DNA from: Myxococcota bacterium
GTDB taxonomy: Bacteria; Myxococcota_A; UBA796; CAJQPC01
Assembly (NCBI GenBank): GCA_036012755.1
Contig: DASCPX010000183.1
Location: 1-64,000 of the forward strand
DNA: 64,000 nt
Reading direction: 5' to 3'
Position numbers and translations under genes: made by a program. Positions 17,178 to 26,866 of this stretch are shown here, in pieces; the first letter of the stretch is position 1, and every line of letters begins with the position of its first letter. The notes beneath the pieces were generated by a model. The model had not been told where the DNA came from. It made no database searches and saw only the letters and a list, made by a program, of their open reading frames with translations.

Positions 17178-19106
17178 CTATTGCAGGGGGATGTCGTGCA
17201 GCCCGTCATCCCGTTCGACGACGAGGTCCACGCCGGGCCCACTGTAGTTGTCCAGCACCCAGCGCGTCGCCTCGTCCGCGTACTGGGGCGCCCACGCGAG
17301 GACATCCATGCCCATGACGACCACACCGACGATGACGTCGCCCTCCGCCAAGCCGTTGTCTTCCGCGGCGCCGCCTGGCTCCAGCTCGGCGATCTCCAGC
17401 TCGCCGTCGGCGGTCCTCGCCACCGCGAAGCCGTTTTCGTCCAACAGGTCCGCTTCGCCGGTCTCGAGGACGACCTGCAGTGCGCTGTCGTCCTCGACGC
17501 CCAGCGTGACGACTTCGAGCGGGCGCCTGGCGAGGAAGACGTCGTAGACGCCTGGCGGCAGCCCGGTCATCTCCACGACGCCCTCGGAGTCGCTCATGCC
17601 GCCGTGACCCACGGGGTTCACCGAGTCCCTGTCGCGCAGGTTGGCCAACACCGCCTCCCAGGCGGCCGGCTCCCCGGTGAGCCCGTCGTAGACCGTGACG
17701 GTGATGGCCCCGCCCTCGGAGAGATCGATGTCGCCAAGGTCCACGACGGTCCCTTCGACGTACACGTCGTCCTGGGGCCACCTGCCGTCCGTGCTGTAGA
17801 TCTCCACGACCCACCGACCTTCTTCCAGGCCGAGGATCTCGAAGGTGCCGTCATCCTCGCAGGAGCCGGTCCGCGCGTGTGTGCCGCCGCCGAGGACCTC
17901 GTCGACACCCTCTGGCATGCGGGCGGCGCCGTACCAGCAACGGAAGGGCGTCTCGTCTCTCCAGACCACGCCGCGGAGGCCGCCAGGGCTGCGGAAGTCG
18001 AGCCAGGCTGCGTCCTCGTCGGGGCCGACCTCGACCGCCTGGCCGCCACCGCGGAGGGCCACCTGGCCTTCGGGGCAGACGCAGGTCGTCGTCGCGTAGC
18101 TCTCGCAGAGCTCGCCGACCGGTGACAGCGGATGGGTGCAGAGGATGGGCACGACGGTCTCGCAGGAGTCGTCTGGGAGGCCCGCGCAGTAGACCTCGAC
18201 CAGCCGGAAGGACCTGGCGACGAAGTCGACTCGAAGCTCCTCTGCCCCCTCTGGGACGTGGACGCTGCGGGTCTCTCCGAGCCAGCCCGCCTCCGCCGGA
18301 GAAGCGACCAGCCTCCAGTCCCTGCCCGAGGCCAGGTGGATCTCCCACACGCCCTCTGCGTCCACCTCGCCCCGGAGCTCTCGAAAGCGGGCCCAGACCG
18401 CGCCGTCGATGGGATCTCCGGCGGGGGTCGTGAAGGTGCCCCACACACGGGTCCCCTCTCCGAGGGTGAGCTCGATCCGGCGGGGCCCGGTGTGCTCGTC
18501 GCGGTGCTCGACGGTGCCGTAGCCTTCGCGTACGGCCAGCAGCGATACGCGTCCGCAAGCAGCGAGCGGGAACTCGTGGTGCCCGTCGACGGTCTCGACC
18601 GAGCGGCTGGAGGTGAAGGGGAAGCCCTCGCTGTAGACGGAGAACAACAGCGTGGCGTCCAGCGGCTCGGCGTGCTCGTCGACGACCTCCACGGTGACCG
18701 GGCAGAGGTCGGGGACCAGGAAGTCGAGGCCTTCGGCGGGCTCCGTCGCCGCGACGCGCCTGGGCTGGCTGGTGAGCTCGACGGGGTGGATCCAGGTCGA
18801 GGCCGAGAGCTTCAGCCGGTAGCTCCCGTCGGCGCTGGTCTTCACGGACTCGCCCTCGCTCGAGCGGATCGTGAGGCCCTCGACGGGCTCGCCGCCGAGG
18901 GTGTGGACGGCGCCCGCGACCTCGAAGGCGGCCTCGGCCTCGGGCAGCACCGGCCTGCTCCGGGTGCGCTGCTTCACCTCGTTCCCGAGCACCGCTCGCT
19001 GGGGTCGCAGGCCCTCCAGGATCCAGGCGCCCAGACCGGCGCATGCCACCAGGAGGGTGATCGACAGCGCAGAGAGCGCGATGCGCCGGTTCTTGACGGG
19101 GCTCAG
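17178..19106 (-). CDS. Paralogue of 15199..17169 (beta-sandwich repeats + PDZ-like domain)
   Basis: Shared VYCAGLPxDSC...CTHP...CxCPEG...WLDFR block and PGGAAEDNGLAEGD; a complete signal anchor needs CTG start at 19106 (first GTG is 19049). Confidence 0.78.
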   Translation of the reverse strand: MSPVKNRRIALSALSITLLVACAGLGAWILEGLRPQRAVLGNEVKQRTRSRPVLPEAEAAFEVAGAVHTLGGEPVEGLTIRSSEGESVKTSADGSYRLKLSASTWIHPVELTSQPRRVAATEPAEGLDFLVPDLCPVTVEVVDEHAEPLDATLLFSVYSEGFPFTSSRSVETVDGHHEFPLAACGRVSLLAVREGYGTVEHRDEHTGPRRIELTLGEGTRVWGTFTTPAGDPIDGAVWARFRELRGEVDAEGVWEIHLASGRDWRLVASPAEAGWLGETRSVHVPEGAEELRVDFVARSFRLVEVYCAGLPDDSCETVVPILCTHPLSPVGELCESYATTTCVCPEGQVALRGGGQAVEVGPDEDAAWLDFRSPGGLRGVVWRDETPFRCWYGAARMPEGVDEVLGGGTHARTGSCEDDGTFEILGLEEGRWVVEIYSTDGRWPQDDVYVEGTVVDLGDIDLSEGGAITVTVYDGLTGEPAAWEAVLANLRDRDSVNPVGHGGMSDSEGVVEMTGLPPGVYDVFLARRPLEVVTLGVEDDSALQVVLETGEADLLDENGFAVARTADGELEIAELEPGGAAEDNGLAEGDVIVGVVVMGMDVLAWAPQYADEATRWVLDNYSGPGVDLVVERDDGLHDIPLQ

Positions 19107-19723
19107 AGCTGGTAGTCGACCGAGCGGGAGAACAGCGCGCTCGACGGGGCGCCAGAGGCGGAGGCGGTGCCGACGGTGATCTCCAGCGTGCCGCGCTGAT
19201 CGGGGACCGGGACGAGCATCTTCACGAAGGCGATGGTGGGACCTGCCTGGGCGATGGCGGCCTTGTTGACCTGCTGGCGGGACTCGGCGACCTTCAAGCC
19301 GTCGGCGTAGACCTCTGCGGTCAGCCAGTAGGTCCGACCCTCGTAGTCCCCCGGGTTGCGGGCGAGCAGGATCGGGAGCTCGACGACGACCGCGTCGCGG
19401 TCAGCGAACACGACAATGGCTTCGTAGTTGTCGGCCAGCGGCGACTTGCCGACGACGGAGTAGGGGAGGGAGGTCGCCTTGTTGGTTCCCAGCGAAGGGC
19501 TCGAGCGCTCGGAGATGTCCGGTGCGGGGCCGAGGTTTCGCTCGTCGGGCGGGGCGGCGTCCTGCCAGTCGCCGAAGTCCGCCTCCTCCTCGACGTCGAA
19601 GTCGCTCGCCTCGATCGCCGCTGCCTTCGCGGCTGCCGCGGCCTCGTCGCCTTCGTCGAGGAAGCCGAAGTCGTCGTCGTCTTCGGCGAGGGCGAGGCTG
19701 ACAACAGTGAGGAGCCAGAGCAT
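19103..19723 (-). CDS. Exported hypothetical protein with acidic N-terminal region
   Basis: MLWLLTVVSLALA signal, co-oriented and coupled with the downstream operon. Confidence 0.8.
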   Translation of the reverse strand: MLWLLTVVSLALAEDDDDFGFLDEGDEAAAAAKAAAIEASDFDVEEEADFGDWQDAAPPDERNLGPAPDISERSSPSLGTNKATSLPYSVVGKSPLADNYEAIVVFADRDAVVVELPILLARNPGDYEGRTYWLTAEVYADGLKVAESRQQVNKAAIAQAGPTIAFVKMLVPVPDQRGTLEITVGTASASGAPSSALFSRSVDYQL

Positions 19724-19763
19724 GTCGGTGTCCTATGAGCCTGCAAGATAAGGGGCTTGCCAG

Positions 19764-21110
19764 ATGCGACGCAATCCCTACTCGATCGCCTGGAGGCGCC
19801 GGAGGTTCCATCGTTCTCGCGTGGAGGGCTGGCCTCGGAGGCTCCTGGGGCTGGTCCCGCTGGTGGCGCTGGCGGCCGCCGGACCGCTCGTGGAGCCGGT
19901 GTTCATGGGCTTCCTCTCCCGCCCTGGTGGGCTGCCGGCGGGGCTCAGCGGACTGGGGCTGAGGATCGGCATGCTGCTCTGCGGGGCGACGGTGCTGGCG
20001 AGCTACACGGCCCTGGTGCGCGGGCCGGAGCGCGCAATCCTCGACCCACATCCTGCCGACGCCCCGGCGCTGTTGCGCTACCTCGGCCTGCGCACGGCGG
20101 TGGAGCGCCTGGGGTGGGTCCTGGCCGCCGGGGTGCTGCTCTTGCCCATCATCCTGGCCGGCGAGCCCGTGGCATACGGGCTCGGAGTCTGGATCGCCTT
20201 GTCCGGCTGGCTGCTCGGGCTCGCCGTCGGCTTTCCGGTTCACCTCGGCAGCGTCTGGGCGGCGGAGTCGCCGGGCCTCTCGGGGGTGCTGAACCTGCTC
20301 CGCGGCGACAACCCATCGCTGCAGGCGGCGCTCATCTACGGCCCTGGCGTCGCCCTGACGGTGGGTGGCTGTGGGGTCTGGCTGGCCTGCCTCGGGGCCG
20401 AGCGAGTCCTGGGTACGGGGCTCGATCCGGCAGCTGTCGCCTTCTTGCTCGCGCCCCTCCCCCTGGCCTTGCTGAGCTGGCTCCCGGTCTCGGGGCTGGC
20501 CCGGCGCTACCACGTCGCGACCACGCTCATCCTCGCGGACATCGACGCCGCGGTGGCTGGGACGGAGGATCCCCAGGAGGCTCGGCGGGTCTACTTCGAG
20601 TGGGCGGTGCGCTTCGTGCCGGCAGCCCTGCGCTCGGAGCTCCTCAAGGAGCTGCGACATGGCTGGAGGGGTCTGCGCAGCTGGGTCCTGGGCGCCGCCT
20701 GGGGTTCGGGGCTGCTCGCGGCCATTTCGGCCTGGAGCGACGACCCGACCGCGGCGGACCGGACGCGACTCGTCGCCGGCGCGGGCATCGTGCTGGTCGG
20801 CATCGTGGGCGTGCGCCTCGCGATGACCGATCCGGCCTGGCTCGACAAGGCCCTGCCCCACGTCGTCGGCAGGCGCCTGGGCGCCCGGCTGCTGGCGCTG
20901 TGGTTCTGGTTCCAGCCGGTCGTGGTGTTGCCGGTCCTGGCCCTGGGCATCCGTCAGGGGCGGGTCGGCCTCGAGCTGTTCGGATGGCTGGAGCTCCTGG
21001 CCCTCGCCGCCGGGCTGGCGGCGGTCTTCGCGAGTCCCTTGCGCGCCCGGGGGCTCCCGACCTACCTGTTCGCGGCCCTCTTGTTGTGGGCTGGAGTCTC
21101 GAGCGCATGA
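19764..21110 (+). CDS. Polytopic membrane protein, probable ABC exporter permease
   Basis: Many hydrophobic helices, central LLKELR motif, ATGA-coupled to an ABC ATPase. Confidence 0.78.
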   Translation: MRRNPYSIAWRRRRFHRSRVEGWPRRLLGLVPLVALAAAGPLVEPVFMGFLSRPGGLPAGLSGLGLRIGMLLCGATVLASYTALVRGPERAILDPHPADAPALLRYLGLRTAVERLGWVLAAGVLLLPIILAGEPVAYGLGVWIALSGWLLGLAVGFPVHLGSVWAAESPGLSGVLNLLRGDNPSLQAALIYGPGVALTVGGCGVWLACLGAERVLGTGLDPAAVAFLLAPLPLALLSWLPVSGLARRYHVATTLILADIDAAVAGTEDPQEARRVYFEWAVRFVPAALRSELLKELRHGWRGLRSWVLGAAWGSGLLAAISAWSDDPTAADRTRLVAGAGIVLVGIVGVRLAMTDPAWLDKALPHVVGRRLGARLLALWFWFQPVVVLPVLALGIRQGRVGLELFGWLELLALAAGLAAVFASPLRARGLPTYLFAALLLWAGVSSA

Positions 21111-21784
21111 TCGAAGTCCGCGGACTGAGGAAGCAATACGGCCACGTCGTCGCGGTCGAGGACGTCAGCTTCTCGGTCGGCGCCGGAGAGCTGGTCGGGC
21201 TCATCGGTCACAACGGCGCCGGCAAGTCGACGACGATCAAGATGCTCACGGGGCAGCTGCGGCCGACTGGGGGTGCGGTCACCGTCGGTGGAGTGGACGT
21301 GCTCGCGGACCCCGGTGGAGCGCGGCGTGTCTTCGGCTACGTGCCGGAGGATCCGCAGCTCTACGACTACCTCACCTGCCGCGAGTTCCTCGAGCTGGTC
21401 CTCGATCTGCGGGGCGAGGGCGATCTCGACTTCGCCCTGGAGTTGGCTGGGCTGGGCGAGGACGCGGACCGGCTGATCCGCGAGTACAGCCAGGGCATGC
21501 GGCGCCGCACGGCCCTGGCGGCCGCGGTGGTCGGCCGCCCTCCGGTCCTTGTTCTCGACGAGGCCCTCAACGGCCTGGACCCGCCCTCAGCAGCCCGGGT
21601 GAAGGGCCACCTCCGGGATCTCTGTGACGAGGGCGCTTGTGTGCTCTTGTCCACCCACGTCCTCGAGACGGTGGAGAAGCTCGCCGACCGCGTGGTGATG
21701 CTCGCCCACGGACGGGTGGTCGCGGACGAGGTTGTGGGCGATCAGGACCTCGAGGCGATGTTCCTGGAGCACCTCCGGGACTAG
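21107..21784 (+). CDS. ABC transporter ATP-binding protein
   Basis: MIEVRGLRKQYG, GHNGAGKST, YSQGM, LVLDE, LSTH. Confidence 0.92.
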   Translation: MIEVRGLRKQYGHVVAVEDVSFSVGAGELVGLIGHNGAGKSTTIKMLTGQLRPTGGAVTVGGVDVLADPGGARRVFGYVPEDPQLYDYLTCREFLELVLDLRGEGDLDFALELAGLGEDADRLIREYSQGMRRRTALAAAVVGRPPVLVLDEALNGLDPPSAARVKGHLRDLCDEGACVLLSTHVLETVEKLADRVVMLAHGRVVADEVVGDQDLEAMFLEHLRD

Positions 21785-21785
21785 C

Positions 21786-21836
21786 GCCATCGAGCCATCG
21801 AGCCATCGAGAACGATCATCGATCCATCGAGCATCG
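21786..21836. repeat. Short intergenic tandem repeat (GCCATCGA)x3 plus degenerate CATCGA copies
   Basis: Read directly between convergent genes. Confidence 0.8.
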
Positions 21837-21879
21837 GGGCGGGCAGCCCGGAAGCTCCAGTTGCGTACCTGTGGGGTAC

Positions 21880-23628
21880 CTAGGACAGCGTCGCGTCGAG
21901 GGACTCCGGGCTGAAGCCCGCGTCGTGGAGGTGGGCGTAGAGGCCGCCGAGCTCGATGAGCTCCTTGTGCGTGCCGACCTCTGCGACCTTGCCGGCGCGG
22001 AGCACGACGATGCGGTCGGCGGCGGCGATGGTCGAGAGCCGGTGGGCGATGACGATGACGGTCTTGCGCTCGAAGATGCGGGCGATGGCGTCCTGGACGA
22101 GCTGCTCGGTGACCGGGTCGATCGAGGCGGTGGCCTCGTCGAGGATGACCACCACCGGGTCGTAGGCCATGGTGCGGGCGAAGGTGAGGAGCTGGCCCTC
22201 GCCGACGCTCAGGTTCGAGCCGCGCTCCTTGAGGATCTGCCGCCAACCTTCTGGCAGATCCGAGATGAACTCGCGGGCGTGGACGAGCTCCGCTGCGCCC
22301 TCCAGGCGCGCCTCGTCCACCGCCGGGTTGTCGAGAGCGACGTTGAAGCGCACGGTCTCGGGGAAGAGCTGGATGTCCTGGCGCACAGCCGCGACGGCCT
22401 TGCGCACCGTGTCCAGCTTGAGCTCGCGGAGCTCGTGACCGTCGAGGGTGATCGAGCCGCGGTAGCCCTCGTAGCTGCGATCGACGAGCCGGGTCAGCGT
22501 CGTCTTGCCGCAGCCGGTCGGACCGACGATCGCCACCACCTCGCCGGGGTCGACCTGGAGGCTCACGCCCTTGAGGACGTCTTCGCCCTCGACGTAGCCG
22601 AACTCGACCTCGTCGAGGCGAACACGGCCCTCGATCCCCTCGAGCGAGACCTCGCCGTCGCTGATCTCCTCCGTCGTGTCCATCAGCCTGAAGATCTTGT
22701 CCAGCGCCGCCAGGGCCCGCTGGATGATCGTGATCTTCTGCGAGAGCTGGCGCAGCGGCTGGAAGAGCCGGTTGAGGTAGTCGATGAAGGCCGCCAACAG
22801 GCCCGCCGAGACCACCGCTGTGAAGAGGTCGCCGGTCGCGTACCAGAGCATCAGGGCGATGCACATCGAGCCCACGCCGTCCACCGCTGCGTACATCAGC
22901 GCGTCGAAGATGTTCGAGCGGATCGTCGCGTCCCGGAAGGGCGTGTTCAGGGCGACGAAGCGCTCGTAGGCCCGCTGCTCGTCGTTGAAGAGCTGGATGA
23001 TCTCCATGCCGCTGACGCGCTCGGCCATGTAGGCGTTGACCGCGGCGAGGGTCTCCCGGATGCGGTTGAAGTAGACCCTCAGCCGCCGCCTGCAGAGCTC
23101 GATGATCAAGAGCAGCGGCGGGGCCACCAAGAGCAGCACCAGCGTCATCCGCCAGTTCAGCACGAACATCGCGGCGAGCACGCCGAAGACCATCAGCACG
23201 TCGAGGACGACCGTGATCACCCCAGAGCTGAGCGACTCGCCTAGGGACTCGACGTCCGAGGTCGCCCGGGTCAACAGCTCCCCAGCCGGTCGGCGGTCGA
23301 AGAAGCGGGGCGCCCTCGTCAGCAGGTGCCTGAAGATGCCTTCTCTCAGGCGCAGGATCGTGCGCTGGCCACCGATGCCCAGGCAGATGCCGTAGGTCGT
23401 CTCCACGAGGTAGGCGGCGACGATGCAGCCGAGGTAGACGCCCGCGAGCTCGGCGAGGCCCTCGACCCGGCCGGTCACGACGTGCTCGTCCAGGATCTCC
23501 TTCATCAGCAGGGGCTGGTACAGGGCCAGACCCGCGGACAGCGGCGTGAGCAACATGGCCAGCAGGAACAGGGGAGCGTCCGCCTTCGCGTAGGGCCAGA
23601 TGCGAGCGAGCAGCTTGAGGTCCTTCAC
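21880..23628 (-). CDS. ABC exporter half-transporter (TMD+NBD), heterodimer subunit B
   Basis: GTG start in GTGA overlap; GPTGCGKT, degenerate signature LSVGEGQ, canonical ILDEAT, IAHRLST. Confidence 0.9.
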   Translation of the reverse strand: MKDLKLLARIWPYAKADAPLFLLAMLLTPLSAGLALYQPLLMKEILDEHVVTGRVEGLAELAGVYLGCIVAAYLVETTYGICLGIGGQRTILRLREGIFRHLLTRAPRFFDRRPAGELLTRATSDVESLGESLSSGVITVVLDVLMVFGVLAAMFVLNWRMTLVLLLVAPPLLLIIELCRRRLRVYFNRIRETLAAVNAYMAERVSGMEIIQLFNDEQRAYERFVALNTPFRDATIRSNIFDALMYAAVDGVGSMCIALMLWYATGDLFTAVVSAGLLAAFIDYLNRLFQPLRQLSQKITIIQRALAALDKIFRLMDTTEEISDGEVSLEGIEGRVRLDEVEFGYVEGEDVLKGVSLQVDPGEVVAIVGPTGCGKTTLTRLVDRSYEGYRGSITLDGHELRELKLDTVRKAVAAVRQDIQLFPETVRFNVALDNPAVDEARLEGAAELVHAREFISDLPEGWRQILKERGSNLSVGEGQLLTFARTMAYDPVVVILDEATASIDPVTEQLVQDAIARIFERKTVIVIAHRLSTIAAADRIVVLRAGKVAEVGTHKELIELGGLYAHLHDAGFSPESLDATLS

Positions 23629-25352
23629 CCCTTGCCCCCCTTGTCCTGCTGGGCCAGCCAGGCCTCCCGGTAGGGCCCCGGCATGCCCACGAGGTCCTCG
23701 TGCCGCCCCTCGGCGACCTTCCTGCCTTTGTCGAGGACCAGGACGCGATCGACGCGCCGCAGCACACTCATGCGGTGGCTGACCAGGATGGTCGTGGGTC
23801 TCTGGTCGCCGCTGGCGAGGCTCTCGAGGGTGTCGATGAGGTCGCGCTCGGTCGCCTGGTCGACGGCAGAGAGCACGTCGTCGAGCACGAGCAGGTCGTA
23901 GCGGCGGTACAGCGCCCGGGCCAGCGCCGTGCGCTGCCGCTGACCGCCGCTGAGCATGATCCCGCGCTCCCCGACGATGGTGTCCAGGCCGTCCGGGAGG
24001 GCCGGGAGGTCGGCCCGCAGCGCCGCCCGATCGACGGCGAGCTCGACGTCGCCCTCTCGGCCCATCGCCACGTTGTCGCGGATCGAGTCGGAGAAGAGGA
24101 AGGGCACCTGGGGTGCCACCGCCAGCTTCTGCCTCCAGGCGGCCAGGTCGAGCTCCCGCAGGTCCGTGCCGTCCACCTCGACCGCACCTGGCGGAGGGTT
24201 CCAGGTCCGCGTGAGGAGGCGCAACAGCGTGGTCTTTCCAGAGCCGGTCGGCCCGTAGATGCCGAGCACGCAGCCTGGCTCGATGTCCACGTCGAGCTCT
24301 GAGAGCGCCTCCTCGGCGCCCTCGCCGTAGGTGAAAGAGAGCCCCCGGATCCGGATGTGTGGGGCCCCCTCTGGGAGCTCGACCCGCGTGTCCCGGTCCG
24401 GCCTCTCCGGCTCCCGGTAGAGGATCTCGTCGATGCGCTCCAGCGAGATCATGCCTCGCTGGAAGACCGACACGAGCCAGCCCAGCGACATCAGCGGCCA
24501 CAGCAGGTAGGCGATGAAGGTCACGAAGGCGACGAGCTCGCCGACGCTGACCTCGCCTGCGATGGCCATCGGGCCGCCACGGGACAACAGGAGGTAGATG
24601 CCCGTCGCTCCAGAGGCGCCCAGGAGAGGGAAGATGCTCGAGCGGACCAAGGCCAGCTTCACGTTCGTCCGCTTGTAGGCCTCGTTGCGCTCGGCGAAGC
24701 GTGCGACGAAGGCCTCTTCTGCCGTGAAGCCCTGGATGGTCTGCACGCCCTGGAGCGACGACAACACGACGTCCGAGAGCGCCGCCAGCTGCTGCTGGGC
24801 GACTCGGACGAGCTTGTGGAGGCGGAGGATGCCGACCTGCAGGATCACCATCCCGATGAGGATCGGGGCGGTGACCATCAGCGTCAGCGTTGGCGACAGG
24901 CGGACCATCTCGCCGCCGGTCAACAACAGGGCCAGCGTCACGTTGCAGATCTGGAGCCCACCGAAGCCGACGAGCGCCCGCAGGTAGGCGATGTCGTTGC
25001 TGGCGCGGCTGACGATGTCGCCGGTCTCCATGCCCGCGTAGAAGCGCGGCTGGACCCGGGTGAGCTGGGCGAACAGGTCGTTCTTCAGGTGGAACTCGAC
25101 GAGCCGTCCCGGGGTGAAGAAGAGCACGCGGGACAGGCTGCGCACGCCGATCACGGAGAGCCCCATCAGGGCGATGACGACCACCTCCTCGCGGACCTTC
25201 TCGGCGTCGGAGAGCGAGTCGATGGCCGAGGCCATGTGGAGTGGGATCTGGACCGCCAGCCAGTTCGTCAGCGCGAGGAAGACGAAGCCGCCGATGTACC
25301 ACTGCCAGTAGCGGGCCGCGTAGCGCAGCCCGAAGCGCCCCAGGCCCTTCAA
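23625..25352 (-). CDS. ABC exporter half-transporter (TMD+NBD), heterodimer subunit A
   Basis: TTG start in TTGA overlap; GPTGSGKT, LSGGQRQR, degenerate Walker B LVLDD. Confidence 0.9.
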   Translation of the reverse strand: MKGLGRFGLRYAARYWQWYIGGFVFLALTNWLAVQIPLHMASAIDSLSDAEKVREEVVVIALMGLSVIGVRSLSRVLFFTPGRLVEFHLKNDLFAQLTRVQPRFYAGMETGDIVSRASNDIAYLRALVGFGGLQICNVTLALLLTGGEMVRLSPTLTLMVTAPILIGMVILQVGILRLHKLVRVAQQQLAALSDVVLSSLQGVQTIQGFTAEEAFVARFAERNEAYKRTNVKLALVRSSIFPLLGASGATGIYLLLSRGGPMAIAGEVSVGELVAFVTFIAYLLWPLMSLGWLVSVFQRGMISLERIDEILYREPERPDRDTRVELPEGAPHIRIRGLSFTYGEGAEEALSELDVDIEPGCVLGIYGPTGSGKTTLLRLLTRTWNPPPGAVEVDGTDLRELDLAAWRQKLAVAPQVPFLFSDSIRDNVAMGREGDVELAVDRAALRADLPALPDGLDTIVGERGIMLSGGQRQRTALARALYRRYDLLVLDDVLSAVDQATERDLIDTLESLASGDQRPTTILVSHRMSVLRRVDRVLVLDKGRKVAEGRHEDLVGMPGPYREAWLAQQDKGGKG

Positions 25353-26083
25353 GCAGGGTCGACCAGGAAGCGATGCAGCGCGAGCAGGGCCCGGCCGAGC
25401 ACGAGTCGCGCTGGACCGTCCGTCGGTCGGAGGGTGAGCAGGGTGTCGACGCGACGCCCTTCGATGTCCAGCGTCAAGACGACCGTCTCGGGAGCGCTCC
25501 CGCGGAGGAGCTCCAGCTCCCCGGTCTCGAGCTGGAGCACGACGTTCCCTCGCTCGCCGTCGCTCCAGTTGCAGACCAGCCAGGACTTCGACTCGGACAG
25601 GTCGATCGCAGCGGGCATGCGGAGCCCGTCGTGCAGCAGCAGCTTGGTGATGGGTCGCCAGCTGACGACCATCGGCTCGAGCTCGTCCGTGTCGTCCGGT
25701 GGAAGGAGCGGGCTGTGCCAGGAGGGCTCGGTGGAGTCGTCCTCGCTGTCGTCTTCGTCGACGTCTTCGGCCGGGTCGGGGATCGGGAGGTGGTCGTCGG
25801 GATCCTCGAGGATGTCGTCCCACTCGCCGACATCCTCCCAGCCCTCCTCGCCGTCGATCGTGGCCTCGTCCCAGGCGGGATCCGATGGCGCCAGGTCGTC
25901 GGCCTTCTCCAAGAGGTCCTCTGGCTCCCACAGCTCGTCATCGGCCGAGGTCTCCTCGTCCTCGTCGAGGTCCTCGTCGACCTCGAGCGGGTCATCGAGG
26001 AGGTCCTCGTCCTCCCACCAGGCCTCGTCCTCGACGTCGTCGGGGCTCTCCAAGGGGAGCTCGACGCTCTTGTCACGGCTCAC
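25349..26083 (-). CDS. Very acidic protein with degenerate retropepsin-like (RimK-associated protease-like) C-terminal domain
   Basis: GTG start in GTGA overlap; D/E/W-rich N-half; VVSWR...PAAIDLSESKS...LVLGRALL...FLVDP resembles the AKIDTGARTS...LLGR..L...LVDP family. Confidence 0.6.
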   Translation of the reverse strand: MSRDKSVELPLESPDDVEDEAWWEDEDLLDDPLEVDEDLDEDEETSADDELWEPEDLLEKADDLAPSDPAWDEATIDGEEGWEDVGEWDDILEDPDDHLPIPDPAEDVDEDDSEDDSTEPSWHSPLLPPDDTDELEPMVVSWRPITKLLLHDGLRMPAAIDLSESKSWLVCNWSDGERGNVVLQLETGELELLRGSAPETVVLTLDIEGRRVDTLLTLRPTDGPARLVLGRALLALHRFLVDPA

Positions 26084-26697
26084 TGGTTGCGCTGGAGCTT
26101 GAAGTAGGAGAACGCGATGTTGGAGATGCGGGCGCTGTTCTGCTCCCACCAGAAGCCGCCGATGTCGCTCGCCGCCTCCACGACCGCCTGGGTCGCGAAG
26201 GTCTCTCCGCCGGTGGCGATGTCCTCGCCGAGCTTGCTGGCGAGGTTCACCTCGTGGCCGTAGAAGTCGTCGCCGTCGATGTCGAGGATCTCGCCCCAGC
26301 CGAGCCCGAGGCTCACGCTGACGCTGTCGTTGAAGTGCCGCCCGACCGCATCCGCGAGGCAGGCCTCGTGCATGCCCACCGCGGCTCGAACAGCATCGCT
26401 CGGAGTCTGGAAGGTCGCGTAGAGGTTGTCCGCCTCTGCCTTCACCAGGTTTCCGCCGTGCTCGGCGATCACCGGCCCGACGAGCTCGCGCATGCGCTGG
26501 ATGAGGCCCAGGAAGTGGAGGATGCCCTCCTCCTGGGTGATGCGTGAGAAGCCGGACATGTCCGAGATCAACACCGCGCGGCGAGCCAGGAAGCGCTGCT
26601 GGATGAGCCCATCGACCTCGGCGCGGCCGGCCGCGTCGATGTGCCGGTTTCGCGCCTGGAGGAGCGCGTTGAGCTCTTCGACGGCTGGTGTGGACAT
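26080..26697 (-). CDS. Soluble class III adenylate/guanylate cyclase
   Basis: LISDMSGFS, VKAEADNL, SLGLGWG, DFYGHEVNLASKL. Confidence 0.88.
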   Translation of the reverse strand: MSTPAVEELNALLQARNRHIDAAGRAEVDGLIQQRFLARRAVLISDMSGFSRITQEEGILHFLGLIQRMRELVGPVIAEHGGNLVKAEADNLYATFQTPSDAVRAAVGMHEACLADAVGRHFNDSVSVSLGLGWGEILDIDGDDFYGHEVNLASKLGEDIATGGETFATQAVVEAASDIGGFWWEQNSARISNIAFSYFKLQRNQ

Positions 26698-26759
26698 CGC
26701 CAGAGCCTATCGCGCTCCGTCCGACGAGGGATGCCTGCGCCGAATCGACGCAGCGCACC

Positions 26760-26776
26760 TGCTCCGATCTGGAGCA
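26760..26776. promoter_or_regulatory. Palindrome TGCTCC-N5-GGAGCA, candidate upstream activator site
   Basis: Perfect 6-bp arms in the divergent intergenic region, about 40 bp upstream of the sigma54-like motif. Confidence 0.4.
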
Positions 26777-26817
26777 CACCCGCCCTGCCTTTCACCTGAT
26801 TTCAGCCCCTTACAGCC

Positions 26818-26833
26818 TGGCCCGCCTCGTGCA
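26818..26833 (+). promoter_or_regulatory. Candidate sigma54 (-24/-12) promoter TGGCCCGCCTCGTGCA
   Basis: GG-N10-GC spacing with TGGC and TGCA, 33 nt before an operon encoding a sigma54 activator. Confidence 0.55.
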
Positions 26834-26866
26834 TTGTTCGGTCTCCCAACGAGACAGGGAGCCAAC

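Noticed and set aside
21880..25352. Degenerate ABC motifs as a sign of decay
   Set aside because: Complementary degeneracy (LDD in one subunit, LSVGE in the other) is the known pattern of heterodimeric exporters
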